This document shows, in pieces, positions 56,121 through 64,000 of a stretch of DNA of 64,000 nucleotides (position 1 is its first letter; the number at the start of each line of letters is the position of its first letter). Both the position numbers and the translations under genes were made by a program. Source of the DNA: the human T2T-CHM13v2.0 reference genome, Homo sapiens; the NCBI RefSeq assembly GCF_009914755.1, contig NC_060930.1, one strand, 5' to 3'. The notes below the pieces were generated by a model. That model was not told the origin of the DNA. It did not search any database and was given only the letters and a program-made list of their open reading frames with translations.

Positions 56121-59100
56121 TAGAAGGACATTCAAGTGTACAAGTCCACATATGAATATAAAATGTCATCCACACGTCAACACTGCCTTCTCCCTTTTTC
56201 TCCACCTCCTCTCACCCATCCCACAGCACCAACTACAAAACTTAGATAGGGCTTGCTTAAGGGTGACTCTAGTACAAAAATACCTTTCCTCACATTATTC
56301 AGTATCTCACTTTTTTATAAAGCTTTAATTTCATCAGTACACTATAATTTGTTTTCAAAACATCATTGTTCCTGGAATAATAAAGGGCCAGCAGTTACGC
56401 ACACGAGTCTTTTTCGTGTTTTAGCACTGACATGGGGCTTGACTTGTGGGTAGGAAGAGTCTTAAGTTCGTTGGACTTAAGTATGATAAAATCAGATAAA
56501 AAGCATTTTAACTGGTAGGAACAATGAAATGCCGCTAACAAGATGCTGTTATTTTCTCACGTAAGAAAATATGCATAGTATCTGGAGCACTTAGACGGCC
56601 CTTGATCAGTGGTGGTATCAGTTGTTGCTAAAGTCAGCATTCTCGTGGCCATAATCATGAGCATTTCTGAGGCTGGTCCTGGGAGTCTAACCAAGAAGGG
56701 AAACGTTACTTCCAGATGAAGGTAAATCCCAGATTCTATATACCCAAAAAAAGCTTATAAATACATTTTCGTACCAAATTATTTTTGAGTTCTACTGCCC
56801 ATACTATGTTGAGAGGTCTATTTGTTGTTCTTTCTAGTCTACGTAACTCCTGAGACTGTTAATAGTTGAAGAGTGGAGAATCTCTTCAAAAGAGCTTGAA
56901 AACTGAGACTATTTTAGGAACCCCTTGAGGCTTGTGCAGTGGGGAAGAAAGATCCCTTTTATGATGCATATTTCATACTTGCATTGTTTACCACTTCTAA
57001 GTTTAGGATGGCAACATGTTCCATATCAGGAGTTTTAACCCAAGGACCTTTGAGAACAGCTTTTATTTTAGATGCTGATTTTTAAATACCAAAGAAAATG
57101 TAACCATTACAATGATATTTATCTAAAATGGTATGCCTAACTCAGAATTTTGCTTTTGTAAAGTGTCAATTTAGCTGATTATCCTACAAATGTCCCCCTT
57201 AAAATGAGAGTTACCCATAATGGAATCTTTGCCTGAGAAATAACACAAACGTATCAGGTGAAAGTCATGTCACCCAAAAGTAGTTCTTGGCCACCCCTCT
57301 TAAAGTGAATTTTGGCTCATTAGTTTTTCTTGTGTTATCTCTGGCTTTTGATACGGATTTTTGGAGCTTAGAACTAATTTTAAATTAACATCAACCTTTT
57401 TTTCCAGCTGACCTCGTACATCTTAAGGGTGTGTACTGTACATACTGTCACATAATGAGAAAATAAATACATATTTGGACATGATTAAATAAAAAGCGAC
57501 ACATGTATAACTTGGAAAGAGGATGCTCTTAAGGCCTAACAATTAGTGCTTGGCAGATTTTTTTTCCAGGGATTCTGTTTTTCTGGTGCCTTTGCTTTAT
57601 TTTTTAATGTGGTCTAAGATAGGAAGTCTGAGCTTTTAACTCATTTGCTGTCTAGACAAATGAAAGCAGCAGGGACTTTGGTAGGTATCTGGACATAAAC
57701 ACTATTACAACACAGGTTAATGCAAGAAAAAGCCTTTAAACATCATGGAAATTAAACAGTCACTGTGAGAATTTTCCTTTTGTGTGTATGTGTCTGTCAA
57801 TTTATTGACTCAATTCTCATATCAATTTCAAGGTGTATTCATATCACGTGACCAAAAATGATAGTTGTGAAATAAGGGTGGAAGATGTGAAGTAATTTTA
57901 CAGTGTGTTTCTAAAGAACCAAGAATCTAATGACACTGGATACTTGACATCCAGGATGTTAATTAGAAACAGAGGGCTGATAATTCATTGCTAAGTTTTA
58001 ATAGCTAAGTCAATAGTTTTCAGTAGAGCATTTATGGTAAATATTTAGAAATATTTGCATGTGCTGGATTACTTTCTATAGTGTTTGCAGCTGTATTTTT
58101 CTGTAGAGCTTATAAATTTAGTGATATTTACCGATGAACAATCATATCCATTTTGTCTTTAGCACCGCACTTGGCACAAGAAGTCACTACCCTTAAGAAG
58201 GTGAGGGTGTAGTTGAAGAGAGAAAAAGAAAAAGAAAAAGTACACGGTTTTATTTCATTTTAATATTCTAAAAAGGAGAAGAGACACTACTTCTGCTTTT
58301 TAAGATAATTAAGAGACTTTTTTTGAAGACCACTGAACTGGCGTTTTAACCTGTGCTTTAAACCCATGGGAAGTCACAGTGAGAAATCATTAACTGTATC
58401 CTATTAAAATCCTTAAACAAGAGACCTGAACTGGTCTCATTGATTGAAATATCTTCTCTATTTCTGATTCAGTGTTTATCCTCATGCTCTCCTGGGGCAC
58501 TTCTGAGCAAGAGATGCCCAAATGTGTGCAGTGCTTGGCAGCTTTCTATGAGCGGCTGATCTAATACCATCAGCTAATTGTATTGAGAACCATAGCTTAG
58601 AGTATTTTCATTTGCTTTTTAAAAAACCCACTTATTTAATTAAGCAAGGGAGTAAAATTTTCTGACTTATTCCCAGTTCTCTGAGAAAGTAAAGCCACCA
58701 GTATTGACTGAATTTATCCTTTGGTGAGCTAACTTACGCTAAATTGAATACCATCAAAACCAAATATGTCTTTTGATGTGTAGCAAGTCGTCATGTAGTA
58801 ATGTAAAATATTTTTAGGAAGGATCATGTACAATCTGTAGGCATGAGAGAGTCTTTATACTTAATATCTATTTCAATTATCTGCAGATTTTAAAAAATCC
58901 TTCCCATGCATCTTCTTTGTGGGATGTCCCATCTTTATTCCTTCTGACGCTGCCCTCCCTGAGCCTGCCCCAACATAGAGAATCTGAACATATTCATGCT
59001 GCATGTTAATTTGTGAATGTTTCTCTTGTCAAAGTCTGATAAGATTGTTATTGCTTTGGGTGGCATTTCATTCTAAGCACAGTGAAATCTCTTGTACTTG

Positions 59101-60663
59101 TCACTAGGGTTAGAATGAAAATTTTACATGGGCAGAGAGACAGTGGAAGGATGATGGTTACAGAGGGAGAGTCATTGCAGGGAACTGTCATTTAAATTAA
59201 GTTTTAAAGCTAAACAGCTTCATGATTTTGGTTTTTGAAGGCAGGGATTTTAAAAAATTAATCATCGATAGTAGAAGTTAAGTTATTTTTGGTGTGCCAG
59301 AAAGTAATCAGTATTCCGAGTGATGTCAGTTACTGAAAACCCAACTTAATAGCAAGATTTCACCAAATCACATGATGATAGCAAAATAGTGATTTTACTA
59401 TGCTTGAGAGCCCATGAAGTCATTGCCTTGCCAATCACCCCATCACAAAAAGAGGACTGATTTATGGAATGCCATGGGGCAGGAGGACTCTCCTAGCCCC
59501 TTAAAAGAGACTGCCTGCAATTACCTCACCTGCCAGCTTTCCAGCAAGATAAATGGAAGCACTGTAGCTTGAAGGTGCCTTGGGTAGAATGAGATGCAGT
59601 AAGGTCTCTCTGTTCTTTACAGGCATCATAGATCTGATAGTACTTATAAAAGAAGAATAGAGTTGGTGCCCTGCTGACTAAATTGTCCTCTAGAGGAGTA
59701 TTAGTTACAGAGCTTCTTTGTTAACTAGGCTGAATACTTAAACCACTGTTGAACTTCTTTTATTAGCATGTTTTAAGATAGCTCTACATACAGATACCCT
59801 AACAATCTGCAGGGCGGGAATATTTCTGTATAATTTACATATAAAAGTCGCGTGAGTGTGTAACAGTAATATAATAATTATATCTTTTTATTACTCTTCT
59901 GTTACACTGAGGTCTAGTCAGCACTGAAATTCTGATGACACATGAACACGAAGAAAGCCACTGTTTTTATATTTTTCTCTTGATACTTCCTTGATCAGCT
60001 TGTTGAATAACAGAAATGTTTTTGATGCCTTTGCAACCTGAGTAAAGCCCTCTTAATGCCCATCCGTGTCACTTTTTAAACCATAATATGGAATTTTAAG
60101 GGAGAATGGGGATGAAACTTGTAGGCTGTGCAGAGAATTACAAGAACTTCAAAGTAAAATTTCAGATTTTATGATGAGAGATTTGCATAAAATTATTTAA
60201 CTACAATAGATGATTTTTCAAAAATTAAATCTGATTTGTCCTTTCTACGTTTAACTTCATATATAGTATGGGATTTTATATCTTGTTATCTACCAGGTTT
60301 TTTTTTCTTTAGAGAAACATGAAAAGCCTATTTCCTGCCTGATGGCTGTTCTCTGACTGCCGCTTGTTTATTGGTCATTGCCGTGTGGTGGGTACTGTCA
60401 GGGCCTGGATATGGAGGCCATCACCCATCCTGGGTTTTTATGATCCCTTCAAAAAGAGTAAGATTATATGGAGTTGTCACTCAGTATTTTTCAGGGGGAT
60501 GTAGTAACGGAGTAAGTTCCTGTTCCTGTTAAAGCTTGTACCAGTCATGATGTATGGTAAAGTTATGGTGCATTTCAGCTGAGGCCTGTCCTAATTCCTG
60601 TTTTTCCCCCAAGGAATAGGCAAAGGCAGTAGGGATGGTGTGAGTACACGTGGTTCTTTAAAT

Positions 60664-60742
60664 CAGGGGTCAGCAAGCTTTTTCCGTTAAGGGCCAGAGA
60701 GTAAATATTTTCAACTTTGCAGCCCCTGTGGTCTCTGTCAAG
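60664..60742. mobile_element. MER58A-like hAT-Charlie fragment
   Basis: caggggtcagcaagctttttccgttaagggccagagagtaaatatttt. Confidence 0.8.
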
Positions 60743-60904
60743 ACTTCTGTTGTTGAGTCCAGTAATCAAGTTAAATATAAAGTTTCACCAGCTGAATATG
60801 TACAAAACCATGCATCTCACGTGCCCTTACATTTCTGCTAATCATAAGGATTAGCATAAATGTTTATATACCTTTGAATTCTAACAATCGGATTGAATTT
60901 ACTT

Positions 60905-61083
60905 AATTTTATTTTGGATTTTTTCTGGAACTGCATCTCACCGTGTCACCTAGGCTGGAGTGCAGTGGCTGCTCACAGGTACACTTGTAGCTCACTGTAG
61001 CCTTGAACTCCTGGGCTCAAGCACTCCTCCTGCCTCAGCTTCCCGAGTAGCTGGGACCACAGGCTGTGCCATCACTCCAGGCT
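60905..61083 (-). mobile_element. FAM (fossil Alu monomer)
   Basis: gtgcagtggctgctcacagg...cactgtagccttgaactcctgggctcaagc. Confidence 0.8.
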
Positions 61084-62162
61084 TCTGTTTTGGAGATTTG
61101 ATGAACTTTTTCTAGGGGTGCTGTTTGCAGTCTGCTCTGTTGCTGTTCTGTTGTTTCCCATAAGCACAGTCATTGGACATTGAAGATTTTGTGGAATGAA
61201 GACGTTTTCTGTTTTACTTAGAAAGATATTCTTCTTAGCAGAAGACATTTTGTTTTTCTATAGCATTTCTCTTTTTGATTAGGTTCTGTCAGGTATACTT
61301 TAGAATATGATTTTTAAAGAGAAGTTAATTATATGCTATAACAGATGCTTACCAGATAAACTAAACTATCCAGGGTACTAGGATCCTAATCCTGAGTTTG
61401 CTTTGTGACGTTTCAGGAAACCCTGAAGAGCTATAACCAGCTCTGATTTCCCTTGCTTTTTTTTGTACTTTCTGGTCTAGGTTTACTCTTAGAATCTTAG
61501 CATTTTCCTCTGCCAGATTCTAAAGCCCTATTCTCAGAAGTCCCAGTTGCAAGCAGTGAGGTAAAATTTAACATTGATAAAATTTAGAGGGTGGAGATCT
61601 ATTAGGATTGAATATGCTTTGTAAACAGTAGCATAACCAGATATTTCTGACTCCATTCTATAGTATGTAGTCTTCAGTTATCAGGACAAGTATCTTTTAT
61701 GCTGTAACTCAGCCTTGAGAACTCATTGGCACATTGCTCGGTCAGTGATCTGGGAGTCCAGTCATTGCAACGGGGATGCACTGAGCACCTGCTGATGGGG
61801 GCCTCCATGGGAGCCATGGGGGGCACACCAGTGATGCAGGCTGAAGTAAAGGCTTTGTCTGCGTCCTCTTCTGCTGAGGGAGCAGAAGACCGTTTCTTCT
61901 TCCTCCTCTCTCATCTTCCCCTTTTCGTCTTTAGCACCTACAGTCTGTCCTCAGTAACGTAACCTTCAACAGTAACTTGGACTCTCTGAGCTTCCATTGT
62001 TTTGTATCTGTATCAATGGGGTTTTTAATCACTGCCTCAGAGAGTATGGTGATAAAATATAGATGGCATTGACGGTGAAAAACTGGTATTAAAAAGTAAG
62101 ATATAACATTAGGACCCATTTCTGCCAACATAACTTCAAAGACATTTATTTTCACAATATCA

Positions 62163-62651
<489 letters not shown>

Positions 62652-63029
62652 TTATGAAGTAATCATTTAAGAACCAGCATTCCATTCCTATGGTAAGTCA
62701 CCAGGCAGAGTGCTGTCTGTGTTGTGTGGCATTTTGAACAGGTCTAATGGACTCGGTGCTGACAGCTGAAGGGCAAACTGTATGGGGATGGTTTTATCAA
62801 AGAGAAGTACAACTTTACTCATTTTTTAGGAGAGAGGCAAGATCTTATTGGTTCAACTTACAAATGACCTCATTAAAATCTAATAAAAAGTGGCCATGCT
62901 TTTTTATTTTGGGTGTTACCCAGAAAACCTTCATCTCTGAAGGGGACGTCATTATGATTTTCAAGTCGTCTTTTGATGAGATATTCATCCAAACATGTCA
63001 CTCTATAAATACATCTTTTCCTTTCTTAG

Positions 63030-63273
63030 GATCTGTCTGGCTCCATTGATGACCTCCCCACGGGAACGGAAGCAACTTTGAGCTCAGCAGTCAGTGCATC
63101 CGGGTCCACGAGCAGCCAAGGGGATCAGAGCAACCCGGCGCAGTCGCCTTTCTCCCCACATGCATCCCCTCATCTCTCCAGCATCCCGGGGGGCCCATCT
63201 CCCTCTCCTGTTGGCTCTCCTGTAGGAAGCAACCAGTCTCGATCTGGCCCAATCTCTCCTGCAAGTATCCCAG
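63030..63273 (+). CDS. ARID1B: ARID1B internal coding exon, 244 nt, phase 0 to phase 1 (exon 5 or 6 depending on transcript numbering); N-terminal low-complexity region
   Basis: Acceptor cttttcctttcttag|GAT and donor CCAG|gtattt. Translates as [81 protein letters not shown](G), which I recognise as ARID1B. Confidence 0.97.
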
Positions 63274-64000
63274 GTATTTACTTTCCTGACAATTATTATT
63301 TTACTTTGTGATAAAGAGAGATTTCATGTTCATCAACAGTAACTCACATTACTTTACTATTTAAAACCTAGTGGCCACATATTAAGAGTATAACTGAATT
63401 CTCACCAAGGCATACGAGAGTCCCAGTTCCTAAAGATATTCAACAGGTGATTATAACTACCCCTTTAATAAAATGACCAATTACTTTGATAATTTCAATT
63501 TGCATATTTACCTTAACTTATGCCAGAAACAGGGTATTATTTATCCTCTTAGCATATGTTTTGTAATGATTCTGTTACATCAGAGCTTCTGTTGATGAGT
63601 GCCACTAAAGTGAGATTGTTGATGAGGATTGGCCTTATTTTTTTGTGGTTCTATTCAATACTTGCCACAGCATTTATTTTCTAAAACATTTCTACGGTCT
63701 ATACTTATCAGTGTCTGATCACATGCAGGCACTGGTCAAGGTGGAGCATGGTCGAGGCGTTCTTACTGATACAAACTCGTGCCTTCTCTTGGACACAAGG
63801 AGCCCATGTTCTGGTTAACTCTGTGTTCATTTATTTCACTTGTCATGCATCGCCTCTATCTTCTCCCTTTATTATGTTCTCGAGGTTATTTATTTGGTTA
63901 TTTATTTGTCAGTTACTTCATCCTCATCCAGCTTTCTTATATCAGACTTCATCCATTCAAGTCTACCGTACAACTAGCTTTCCTTTATCACCAAACCAGA

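Noticed and set aside
63078-63311. 77-aa ORF as a standalone gene
   Set aside because: It is the ARID1B exon read from an internal TTG and running through the donor into the intron; true boundaries are 63030-63273.

Overview
Human genomic DNA; a human-specific AluYb8 is present. The window lies almost entirely inside one very long intron of ARID1B (BAF/SWI-SNF subunit, + strand). It opens in an intragenic CpG island with promoter architecture (1-~620). It contains a frame-preserving 42-nt cassette exon (15163-15204, VEVLASEDAAFGLK) and ends just past a 244-nt coding exon (63030-63273, [17 protein letters not shown]...ISPASIP). The rest is intronic: about 24 Alu/FLAM/FAM elements (mostly antisense), L1, L2, MIR, MaLR LTRs, hAT MITEs and microsatellites. 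Nearly all ORFs in the supplied track are repeat-derived or chance. The most interesting signal is a possible multi-layer module built from the internal promoter, the 42-nt exon and the 244-nt exon. It could give (i) an N-terminally truncated ARID1B with a junction-spanning uORF and (ii) a 286-nt back-spliced circle with a 112-codon open frame that crosses the back-splice junction twice. Repeat subfamily calls and boundaries were made by eye and are approximate.
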